Shown: positions 1 to 7,994 of the stretch, in pieces
How positions within the stretch are numbered: the first letter of the stretch is position 1
Layout of the letters: each line of letters starts with the position of its first letter
NCBI GenBank assembly: GCA_024277525.1
Contig: JAJRUZ010000087.1
Coordinates: 4,530 to 68,529, forward strand
Direction: 5' to 3'
DNA from: a candidate division WOR-3 bacterium
GTDB lineage: Bacteria > Hydrothermota > Hydrothermia > Hydrothermales > JAJRUZ01
Length of the DNA: 64,000 nucleotides
Program-made: the position numbers and the translations under genes
Notes under the pieces: generated by a model
Databases searched by the model: none
The model's input: the letters and a program-made list of their open reading frames with translations, nothing else
Told to the model about the DNA's origin: nothing

Positions 1-90
1 AAGAGAATTCCTTTTGATAAAATTGTGTTTGATCACGGAAGAATAATCAGGGATTATTTAAAAGAAGTTAAAAACATTGGGCAAAAATGA
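1..90 (+). CDS. 3' end of a probable NUDIX hydrolase (truncated by window edge)
   Basis: Manual translation of frame 1 gives KRIPFDKIVFDHGRIIRDYLKEVKNIGQK*. FDH..II.DY resembles the 'LAFDH..IL.DY' C-terminus of ADP-ribose pyrophosphatase-like NUDIX proteins. Confidence 0.55.
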   Translation, partial: KRIPFDKIVFDHGRIIRDYLKEVKNIGQK

Positions 91-321
91 ACATGTTACG
101 GGTTAAACCACTATACTGTTTTTAATCTTTTCGGCTTGGCGAAAAGGAACCAAAAAAGAATTAGGATAAGTGGTTAATGTGAGATATGCAGGAAATAAAA
201 GTAATCTCAATTACATAAATGCAACTGCTGTCCAAATTATAAACTATGAATACAACAAAATACAATAAATAAAAATCATAATAACGCTATTTATTACACA
301 AATATACTATAAATTTTAAAT

Positions 322-1287
322 TCAAGGGATAATCAACATTGCATCACCATAACTCAAAAATCTGTAGTTTCTTTCAATTGCTTCTTTATACGCCTTTTTA
401 AGTAAATTTTTATCTCTCACAAAACTGAGAGTTAAAAGTATAGGGGTTAATTCCGGATGATGGAAATTTGTCAAAAGAATATCAACCACTTTGAATTCAT
501 AAGGAGGTTTTATTATTAAATCCGTTTCCCCCTTTCTTTTACCGGTTATACCCCATGTTTCAAGTGCTCTTGTTACAGTTGTTCCACAAGCTATTACCTT
601 CCCTCCTCTATTTTTGGTTTCCGCTATTTCCCTTATAGTATCCTCCGGAATCTCATATTTTTCCTTTATTATTTCTTTATCTTCAAAATCATGCAAAAAT
701 GTAAAAGGCCCCACATGAAGGGTTAACTTTTTTAATTTTATCCCTTTTTTAATAAGTTTGTGCATAACTCTTTTTGTGAAATGCAAAGAAGCAGTAGGAG
801 CTGCTATTGAGCCCTCTTTCTGTGCAAAAATAGAATTGTAATAAAATTTATCTTTTTTTATCGGTTCCCTTGCTATATAAGGGGGCAGAGGCATCATTCC
901 GTATTTTTTCAATAAACTCCCGACTTTGAGACCATCGGTTTTCAAAATATAAAATTTCTCTCTTCCTGCTACTTCAATTTTTACCCCATCCACGATTATT
1001 TCCCTGACATTTTTGCCTTTTAAAAGGGCATAGAATTCAAAGTCATTTATTTTTCTTATGAAAAGAATATCCACTCTTCCTCCCGAGGGTTTTTTACCTA
1101 TAATCCGTGCAGGAATCACCTTTGAATCATTCACAATTAAAAGATCCCCTTTTTTAAGAAACTCATCCAATTTATAAAACTTCGTATGAATAATTTTTTT
1201 ATCTTTTAACTTCAAAACAAGCAAGTTACATGCATCCCTTGGTCTTGATGGAAAAAGTGCAATTTTTTCCTTCGGAATTTTTATCAT
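322..1287 (-). CDS. queA: S-adenosylmethionine:tRNA ribosyltransferase-isomerase
   Basis: Motifs NDSKVIPAR, MPLPPYI, GSIAAPTASLHF, TLHVG, GTTV.RALE, TNFH and YRFLSYGDAM. Confidence 0.95.
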   Translation of the reverse strand: MIKIPKEKIALFPSRPRDACNLLVLKLKDKKIIHTKFYKLDEFLKKGDLLIVNDSKVIPARIIGKKPSGGRVDILFIRKINDFEFYALLKGKNVREIIVDGVKIEVAGREKFYILKTDGLKVGSLLKKYGMMPLPPYIAREPIKKDKFYYNSIFAQKEGSIAAPTASLHFTKRVMHKLIKKGIKLKKLTLHVGPFTFLHDFEDKEIIKEKYEIPEDTIREIAETKNRGGKVIACGTTVTRALETWGITGKRKGETDLIIKPPYEFKVVDILLTNFHHPELTPILLTLSFVRDKNLLKKAYKEAIERNYRFLSYGDAMLIIP

Positions 1288-1313
1288 TTTATTAGAAACT
1301 CGGAGGGTCTCTT

Positions 1314-1532
1314 TTAACTCTTCCTGTAAATTATTCTTCCCCTTGTTAAATCATAGGGGGAAAGTTCTACGACCACCCGATCTCCCGGAAGTATTTTTAT
1401 AAAATGCATTCTCATTTTGCCCGAAAGATGGCACAAGACGACGGGACCTGCATCAAGTTTTACCCTGAACATTGTGTTGGGTAATACTTCCTCCACTGTT
1501 CCCTCCATCCTTATAACACCTTTTTTTGCCAT
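1314..1532 (-). CDS. infA: Translation initiation factor IF-1
   Basis: [15 protein letters not shown]...[28 protein letters not shown]; SD AGGAGG upstream. Confidence 0.99.
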   Translation of the reverse strand: MAKKGVIRMEGTVEEVLPNTMFRVKLDAGPVVLCHLSGKMRMHFIKILPGDRVVVELSPYDLTRGRIIYRKS

Positions 1533-1542
1533 ATTTTCCTCC

Positions 1543-2292
1543 TTAATTTAAAGAAGTCAAAATTATCGGCTCCTCATCTATCAGAACAGTATGTTCGAAA
1601 TGTGCGGAAGGTTTTCCATCCAAGGTAACAATTGTCCATCTGTCATCCAATTCCTTTATTTTCCATGTTCCAATATTTACCATAGGTTCAATTGCTATAA
1701 CGAGTCCTCTTTTCAATATAATTCCTTCACCTTTTTTCCCGTAATTGGGTACCATCGGCTCCTCGTGCAAATAATGCCCGACTCCATGTCCTGCCAAATC
1801 TCTCACCACATTGAACCCGAATTTTTCTACATGATTCTGAATAGCATACCCTATATCACCTGTCCTATTTCCCGGCATCGCTTCCTTAATCCCTATATAA
1901 AGGGATTCCTCGGTTACTTTTACGAGTTTCTTAACCTCTTCTTCCACCTTTCCCACAATATAAGTTTTGGCGCCATCTCCGAAAAATCCGTTTTTTTCAA
2001 CTCCTATATCTATCTTCACAATATCACCTTCTTTTATTATTTTTTTATCAGAAGGTATTCCGTGAACAACCTCATGATTTAAAGAGATACACGCGGATGC
2101 AGGGAATCCTCTGTAACCCAAAAATGCGGGTCTTCCGCCTTTCTTTCTTATCATCCTGTCTATTATATTATTTATTCTCAAAGTCGTAACACCGGGTCTT
2201 ATAAAATCTTCTATATCCTGTAATACACCCGCCACAATTCTGGATGCCTTTTCAATATTCTTAATTTCTTCATGTGATTTTAAAATTATCAT
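1543..2292 (-). CDS. map: Type I methionine aminopeptidase
   Basis: [16 protein letters not shown]...GDGA, GHGVG..LHEEP, AIEPM and SAHFEHT; follows adk. Confidence 0.98.
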   Translation of the reverse strand: MIILKSHEEIKNIEKASRIVAGVLQDIEDFIRPGVTTLRINNIIDRMIRKKGGRPAFLGYRGFPASACISLNHEVVHGIPSDKKIIKEGDIVKIDIGVEKNGFFGDGAKTYIVGKVEEEVKKLVKVTEESLYIGIKEAMPGNRTGDIGYAIQNHVEKFGFNVVRDLAGHGVGHYLHEEPMVPNYGKKGEGIILKRGLVIAIEPMVNIGTWKIKELDDRWTIVTLDGKPSAHFEHTVLIDEEPIILTSLN

Positions 2293-2924
2293 AAAATTAT
2301 CTCTTTTATTCTTTTTTCTATTTCATTCGTATCCCCTGTTCCATCTATCCTATACAAAATATTCCTTTTGTCATAAAACTCAACAAGAGGATATGTATTT
2401 TCCTTAAAAACTTCTATTCTTTTTCTTATTACTTGCTCCTTGTCATCATCCCTTGTTATTAATTTAACCTTACATTCATCGCACTCTTCATCGTTTTTAG
2501 GCGGATTAAAATTAAGATTATAAATCCTGTTACATTCGGGACATATCCTTCTTGCGGTAAGCCTCCTTATTATCTCTTCATCCGGAACATCAAAATAAAT
2601 CACATATTCAAGATTTTTGTTTAATTTATTTAAAAGCATTTCGAGTCCTTCTGCCTGTTTTATTGTCCTCGGAAACCCGTCCAATATAAAAGAATCCAAA
2701 TCCTTTATAGCCTGTTCAATAATTTTTAACATTATATCGTCCGGAACAAGCGTTCCTTCATCCATGTATTTCTTTGCTATTTTACCGAGTTCTGTTCCTT
2801 TTTTTACATTTTCCCTTAACAGGTCTCCGGTTGCAATTATGGGTATGTTAAATTCTTCGGAAATTTTTTTCGCCTGTGTTCCTTTTCCTGCTCCGGGTGG
2901 ACCGAGAAATAAAACTCTTCTCAT
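2289..2924 (-). CDS. adk: Adenylate kinase (Zn-lid type)
   Basis: GPPGAGKGTQA, LDGFPRT, and a CPEC...CDEC lid. Confidence 0.98.
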   Translation of the reverse strand: MRRVLFLGPPGAGKGTQAKKISEEFNIPIIATGDLLRENVKKGTELGKIAKKYMDEGTLVPDDIMLKIIEQAIKDLDSFILDGFPRTIKQAEGLEMLLNKLNKNLEYVIYFDVPDEEIIRRLTARRICPECNRIYNLNFNPPKNDEECDECKVKLITRDDDKEQVIRKRIEVFKENTYPLVEFYDKRNILYRIDGTGDTNEIEKRIKEIIL

Positions 2925-4252
2925 CCCCTTCTACGCCTCAATCTGCCTCTCTGAAGTAAACCTTCATATTGTCTTGTTATAACATGAGACTCAATTTGTT
3001 GTAAGGTATCCTGAGCAACTCCGATGATTATGAGGAGTCTTGTTCCTCCGAAATAGAACGGCACATTTGTTAATTTTGAAAGATAATAAGGCAAAATAGC
3101 AACAATTGCTATGAATAAAGCTCCGGGTAATAAAATTCTTTTTAAAACATTATCAATATATTCTGCTGTTTTTTCACCCGGTCTGACACCCGGGATAAAT
3201 CCCGAATATTTCTGTAAATTATCCGCGATATCCCTGGGGTTCAAAATTACTGCAGTATAAAAATAATGAAAGAAAATTATCAATATTCCGTAAATTAAGT
3301 CATACAAAAGATGCCCCGGATTAAACATCTGGGTAAAAATCATCACATCCTGAAGTTGAGGGAAAAAAGAGGCTAATGAGTAGGGGAGAATCATTATACT
3401 TTGTGCAAAAATAATTGCCATAACTCCTGCTGTTGTCATTTTCAAAGGCAGATGGGTTGAAGCTCCTCCGTAAACCTTTCTTCCTACAATTCTTCTTGCA
3501 TATTGAACCGGTATTTTTCTTGAAGCGAGGTTCATGTATACAATCCCTGCTGTAAGGAAGAAAAGAATCGCAACCGCAAAAATAACTGCTGCAATTGAAA
3601 CCGCTCCGTTTTTTAAAAGTGTGATAGTCTGTGCAATTTCCTGGGGAACCGTATCCAAAGAACCGACAAATATTAATAATGAAGCACCGTTCCCTATCCC
3701 TCTTTCTGTGATTTGCTCTCCGAGCCACATACAGAAAACAGCACCTGCTGATAGAGTAATCACGGTTAAAAGTGTAAATCCGAGACCCGGATGAGGCACA
3801 ATCGGAAGACCGGAAGGAGAAGTAAATCGTGTAAGAAGGGAAGAAATTCCGAAAGATTGAATTGCAGCAACAAATACGGTTAAGTACCTTGTCCATTGTT
3901 CTATCTTCCTTCTTCCCGCTTCCCCTTCTCGCTGGAGTTTTTCAAGATACGGAACACTTGTTGTGAGAATCTGAAATATAATTGAGGCGGAAATATAAGG
4001 CATTATTCCTATTCCCAAAATTGAAGCCCTGCTCAGTGCACCTCCCACAAACAGGTCAAAAAGACCGAGAAAACTACCCCTTAATTGCTGAGCAAAAAGT
4101 TCACCGAGTGCTTTTGCATCTATTCCGGGAATGGGAATATGAGTCCCTAAGCGGAATATTATAAGTACAATTGCAGTGAATATGAATCTCTGTTTTAAGT
4201 CCTTTATTTTAAATAAACCTTTTATTCTCTCAATTGCAGGTTCTGTCGCCAT
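2921..4252 (-). CDS. secY: Preprotein translocase subunit SecY
   Basis: HIPIPGI, GIMPYISASI, ITERGIGNGASL, FIPGVRPG and FGGT; position between rplO and adk. Confidence 0.99.
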   Translation of the reverse strand: MATEPAIERIKGLFKIKDLKQRFIFTAIVLIIFRLGTHIPIPGIDAKALGELFAQQLRGSFLGLFDLFVGGALSRASILGIGIMPYISASIIFQILTTSVPYLEKLQREGEAGRRKIEQWTRYLTVFVAAIQSFGISSLLTRFTSPSGLPIVPHPGLGFTLLTVITLSAGAVFCMWLGEQITERGIGNGASLLIFVGSLDTVPQEIAQTITLLKNGAVSIAAVIFAVAILFFLTAGIVYMNLASRKIPVQYARRIVGRKVYGGASTHLPLKMTTAGVMAIIFAQSIMILPYSLASFFPQLQDVMIFTQMFNPGHLLYDLIYGILIIFFHYFYTAVILNPRDIADNLQKYSGFIPGVRPGEKTAEYIDNVLKRILLPGALFIAIVAILPYYLSKLTNVPFYFGGTRLLIIIGVAQDTLQQIESHVITRQYEGLLQRGRLRRRRG

Positions 4253-4270
4253 TTTCGGTACACAGGTTTT

Positions 4271-4285
4271 TAAGAATTGAACTTA
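4271..4285 (-). other. T-arm-like hairpin TAAG-TTCAATT-CTTA overlapping the rplO stop, 29 nt before the secY ATG
   Basis: Read directly from sequence: 4-bp stem and 7-nt loop matching GTTCNANNC. Confidence 0.6.
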
Positions 4286-4729
4286 TTTTAAAAATAAGAC
4301 CTTACCTCCTGCTTTTTCTATTTTTTCTATTGCCTTTTTGGAAGCCTTATGCACATGAACATTTATAGGAAAAACAATTTCACCTTCTGATAAAAGTTTT
4401 ACTTTTAAATTTTTTCTCAAAACCCTTCTTTTTTTCATTTCCTCAACTGTTGCTTCCTCCCCTTCTTTAAATTTTCTGACCAAGTCCTTTATGTTTATTA
4501 TCTCATACTCCTCGGCAAAAATATTTGTAAATCCCCTCTTGGGTAATCTTCTGTAAAGAGGAGTTTGTCCGCCTTCAAAATAAGGTCCTTTTTCTTTTCC
4601 TGACCTTGATTTTGCCCCTTTATGTCCTCTTCCTGCTGTTTTTCCGTGTCCAGAACCTATTCCCCTTCCTACCCTTTTCCTTTTTTTCACGGCTCCTTTT
4701 GCAGGCTTTAAATTTGAGAGTGTAAGCAA
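4283..4729 (-). CDS. rplO: 50S ribosomal protein L15
   Basis: RVGRGIGSGHGKTAGRGHKG and FEGGQTPL.RRLPKRGF; TTG start with SD AAGGAGG. Confidence 0.99.
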   Translation of the reverse strand: MLTLSNLKPAKGAVKKRKRVGRGIGSGHGKTAGRGHKGAKSRSGKEKGPYFEGGQTPLYRRLPKRGFTNIFAEEYEIINIKDLVRKFKEGEEATVEEMKKRRVLRKNLKVKLLSEGEIVFPINVHVHKASKKAIEKIEKAGGKVLFLK

Positions 4730-4732
4730 CTT

Positions 4733-5146
4733 TTATCCTCCTTCTGTATACAAGGGATTGGAACCCTCAAAATTTACCAGAATCATCCTCAAAGCCTCCT
4801 CATCGATAATGAACTCTTCTTTCTCCATATCAAGCTTTATCTTCCATCTCTGTAAAAAATCTGCTCCTATTATTAATTCATAAGGTAAATCCTCATATAC
4901 AAGAAAAATATGAGCCAGTTTATATCCTTTCAAGTCTACAAAAAGGGTCGTGGTGTTTTTTATTGTAATTTTAGAATTGTTTCCCAAAGTAAATACAAAA
5001 GGATAAGGAGAGCAAAGCACAGTAGCAATTTTTTCACACACATCCTTTTTTACCAAAGAAGCACTCGCTCCTGTATCAAAAAGAGCCTCAATATTTTTTT
5101 CTCCTTTATCCCCGGAAATCGTAAGTTCTTTTTTTATTATGCCCAT
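4733..5146 (-). CDS. Retropepsin-like (clan AA) aspartic protease
   Basis: ALFDTGAS catalytic motif and ELIIGADFL motif; fills the gap between rpmD and rplO exactly. Confidence 0.85.
   Translation of the reverse strand: MGIIKKELTISGDKGEKNIEALFDTGASASLVKKDVCEKIATVLCSPYPFVFTLGNNSKITIKNTTTLFVDLKGYKLAHIFLVYEDLPYELIIGADFLQRWKIKLDMEKEEFIIDEEALRMILVNFEGSNPLYTEGG
4752..4768 (-). other. T-arm-like hairpin GAGGG-TTCCAAT-CCCTT, 34 nt before the rplO start
   Basis: 5-bp stem (one G-U) and 7-nt loop, followed by SD AAGGAGG. Confidence 0.65.
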
Positions 5147-5149
5147 AGG

Positions 5150-5353
5150 CTACTCTTCCTTTTCAACTTCTTCCACTTCTATAAGATGTTTGACCCTGTT
5201 TATCATTCCCCTTATCTGCGGTGTATCCCTTTTTATCACCACATGTCCTATTTTCCTCAACCCTAACGCCTCAAGTGTTCTTTTTGCTTTCCAGTTAGCA
5301 CCTATTTTTGACCTTATCTGCTTTATTTTGAGATATTTTTCTTTTTTCTTCAT
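5150..5353 (-). CDS. rpmD: 50S ribosomal protein L30
   Basis: LKIKQIRSKIG...TLEALGLRKIG....DTPQIRGMI..VKHLI. Confidence 0.97.
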   Translation of the reverse strand: MKKKEKYLKIKQIRSKIGANWKAKRTLEALGLRKIGHVVIKRDTPQIRGMINRVKHLIEVEEVEKEE

Positions 5354-5354
5354 T

Positions 5355-5861
5355 TTATGAACTATACATAAATTTTCTTGTCACCCTTGAAAGGGGTAAT
5401 CCCCTTCTCCTCGCGACTTCTCTCGGGTCCTTCAACTGCTTTAAGGCTTCCATAGTAGCCTGTGCAAGATTACAGGGGGTGTTGGAACCCAGGGATTTTG
5501 TAAGAACATTTTTATATCCGGCAGCCTCAAGAATAGCACGTACTGTTTGACAAGCAATAAGACCCGTTCCGGGACCCGCAGGTTTCAGAAGTATTTTAGC
5601 AGCTCCTACTTTTCCAACAACCGGATGGGGTATGGTTCCGTTAATAATAGGGACTTTTACCATATTTTTTCTCGCTCTTTTGAGTGCCTTCGCAATCGCA
5701 TCAGGAGTTTCAGCAGCCTTTCCGTGTCCTATTCCCACAAGTCCTTCACCATCACCGACCGCAACCCAGGCGGAAATTCTGAATCTCCTTCCACCGGTTA
5801 CAACTTTCACAACACGGCTTAAACTTATAATGTTTTCAATAAGTGTTTTTTCCTCTTCCAT
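5355..5861 (-). CDS. rpsE: 30S ribosomal protein S5
   Basis: RVVKVVTGGRRF, VGIGHGKA, LLKPA.PGTGLIA and KSLGSNTP. Confidence 0.99.
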   Translation of the reverse strand: MEEEKTLIENIISLSRVVKVVTGGRRFRISAWVAVGDGEGLVGIGHGKAAETPDAIAKALKRARKNMVKVPIINGTIPHPVVGKVGAAKILLKPAGPGTGLIACQTVRAILEAAGYKNVLTKSLGSNTPCNLAQATMEALKQLKDPREVARRRGLPLSRVTRKFMYSS

Positions 5862-5869
5862 AGGTGTTA

Positions 5870-5899
5870 ATTATACAATTCGGTTTTTATCTTTTTCAA
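5870..5899 (-). promoter_or_regulatory. Putative sigma-70 promoter for rpsE: TTGAAA-18-TATAAT, 8 nt before ATG (near-leaderless)
   Basis: Consensus-like hexamers read directly; no SD between the -10 and the ATG. Confidence 0.65.
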
Positions 5900-5903
5900 C
5901 ATT

Positions 5904-6149
5904 TTACTTCTTTGATAAAAATCTCAAAATAATATTTAAAAGTAAGGTTAAAATTATTGAGATTAATATGGATGTACCGAGTGGGAAGTAAAATTTGAAG
6001 TTTTTCCTCTCAATTACTATATCCAGTGGCAATCGGGGAATGCTTTTAAATGTACCCAATTTTGAGAACAAAAATAATATTCCTCCTATGAGTATAAATA
6101 AGAGACCGAATAAAAAGAAAAATTTTGCAAACTCCTCAAAAAACTTCAT
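5904..6149 (-). CDS. Small membrane protein, DUF2905-like
   Basis: Two hydrophobic segments flanking [26 protein letters not shown]; start re-called to ATG 6149, which overlaps the fmt TGA (ATGA). Confidence 0.8.
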   Translation of the reverse strand: MKFFEEFAKFFFLFGLLFILIGGILFLFSKLGTFKSIPRLPLDIVIERKNFKFYFPLGTSILISIILTLLLNIILRFLSKK

Positions 6150-7072
6150 TCCGCCCAAAAAGGTCTGTATCCCTGAACATACTCGGATGCTTTCATTCTC
6201 CTTTTACTGGCAGGTTGGAGTTCAAGAATCTCAACCGCTCCTTCACCGCACATTACAAAAAGTTTTGCTCCTTCTATTAAAATTTTTCCCGGAGTACCCG
6301 TAAATTCCTTTATGTCTTTTACTTTGTAAATTTTAACATATTTACCGTCAAAATGAGTCCTGGCTCCGGGAGTAGGAGAAAGAGCGTGAATGTGCCTCAT
6401 AACTAAAAATGAGCCTTTTTTCCAGTCAATCCACAGTTCATCGTCCTCTATTTTCTTTGCATAAGAACTTTTTCCCTTCTGAGCTTTTGGTTTTATTCTT
6501 CCTGTCTTAAATTTCTGATATACTTCAGGTAAGACACTTATGCTTTTTTCCGCAATTATTGATTCTATCTCTCCCCTTGTTCTTTCATTAACTTCTATTT
6601 TTTCCTGATAAATAATTTTACCCGTATCTATTCCCTCATCCATTATGAAAAATGTATATCCGACTTCCTTTTCTCCGGCCATGATAGCCCTTTCAAGCGG
6701 AGCTGCTCCCCTGTACTTCGGTAAAAGTGAAGGATGAAGATTCCAGGCGCCGTTTTTGGGCATTTCCAAAATTTCTTTACCGAGTATTTGCCCGTAGTCT
6801 GTCAAAAGAATAAGTTCGGACTGAAAAGATTTTAATGCACTTATAAGGGCAGGATGATTCACATCCTGAGGCTGAAAAATCCTATCCTTTGGAATTCCAT
6901 GTTGTATTGCAAGCTCCTTTACAGGAGGGGGCATTAAACGCATCCCCCTTCCCTGCGGTTTATCAGGACCTGTTACAACTGCATCCGGTTTTATTCCTCT
7001 CTTTAACATTGCAATAAATACTTTTGCAGCAAACTCTCCTGTTCCGAAAAATATAAGCTTTCCCTCCGTCAT
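6146..7072 (-). CDS. fmt: Methionyl-tRNA formyltransferase
   Basis: [31 protein letters not shown] and DTG; adjacent to def. Confidence 0.97.
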   Translation of the reverse strand: MTEGKLIFFGTGEFAAKVFIAMLKRGIKPDAVVTGPDKPQGRGMRLMPPPVKELAIQHGIPKDRIFQPQDVNHPALISALKSFQSELILLTDYGQILGKEILEMPKNGAWNLHPSLLPKYRGAAPLERAIMAGEKEVGYTFFIMDEGIDTGKIIYQEKIEVNERTRGEIESIIAEKSISVLPEVYQKFKTGRIKPKAQKGKSSYAKKIEDDELWIDWKKGSFLVMRHIHALSPTPGARTHFDGKYVKIYKVKDIKEFTGTPGKILIEGAKLFVMCGEGAVEILELQPASKRRMKASEYVQGYRPFWAE

Positions 7073-7138
7073 TTCAAAGTTTAAATGGTTTTATACGGGG
7101 ATCTAACCCTTAATGTTATCGGATTTTTTAATGTTATT

Positions 7139-7672
7139 TTAAACCTTTATCCTTTGTTCTTTAATTTCTTTAAAACCTTTTTTAAATTGTGCAACCAAAA
7201 TTCTCCGTGTTTCCTTATCAAGCCGGTCAATAAAAAGCAAACCGTTTAAATGATCATATTCATGTAAAATAACCCTTGCCAGCATTCCTTCGGTTTTAAT
7301 TTCTTCTTCTTCACCTTTTATATTCATATATTTTAAATAAACACCCGCCGGTCTTTCAACATCAGCATATATTCCGGGTATTGAAAGACAGCCTTCTTCC
7401 ATCACACTTTCACCCCATATATCAATAATCTCCGGATTTATCACAATGAGCGGCTCTTTGTCTTCGCCTATCACCTTTCCGGAAACAACAAACAAGGACA
7501 ATTTTTCACCAACCTGATTTGCCGCAAGACCTGCTCCTTCATAAAATAACATCGTTTCAATCATATTATAAGCAAGTTCTTTTATTTTTTCATCAATTTT
7601 ATAAATTCTTTCCGTCTTTTGTTTTAAAACGGGATCACCGTAATATTTAAGACTTAGAACCTTCCTTTTCAA
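7139..7672 (-). CDS. def: Peptide deformylase
   Basis: GAGLAANQVG, EGCLS and HEYDHLNG motifs. Confidence 0.98.
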   Translation of the reverse strand: MKRKVLSLKYYGDPVLKQKTERIYKIDEKIKELAYNMIETMLFYEGAGLAANQVGEKLSLFVVSGKVIGEDKEPLIVINPEIIDIWGESVMEEGCLSIPGIYADVERPAGVYLKYMNIKGEEEEIKTEGMLARVILHEYDHLNGLLFIDRLDKETRRILVAQFKKGFKEIKEQRIKV

Positions 7673-7994
7673 TCTTTGCCTCTCCTACTTTCCTTTTTAT
7701 GGCATTTTTTTCAAATTTTATAAGTATACCGGAACCGACTCTCAAGGTTATAACATTATCATCCACTCTCACAACAGTGCCCATTATGCCCCCCAGTGTC
7801 ACAACCTTATCTCCCTTTTTTAAAGAATTTATCATTTTTATCCTTTCCTTCTCTTCCTTCTGCTGCGGTCTTATGAAGAGAAAATATAAAAAAGCAATCA
7901 TTACAAGAAAAGGTAAAAGAAAAATAAAAAGGGAGGCTAAAGCATTGGGAGCCTCTGCAGTACCGGTTTGAGTAAAAATATTAAAAATCATCAC
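7647..7994 (-). CDS. yajC: Preprotein translocase subunit YajC
   Basis: One TM helix followed by FIRPQQK...LKKGDKVVTLGGIMG. Confidence 0.95.
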   Translation of the reverse strand: MMIFNIFTQTGTAEAPNALASLFIFLLPFLVMIAFLYFLFIRPQQKEEKERIKMINSLKKGDKVVTLGGIMGTVVRVDDNVITLRVGSGILIKFEKNAIKRKVGEAKIEKEGSKS

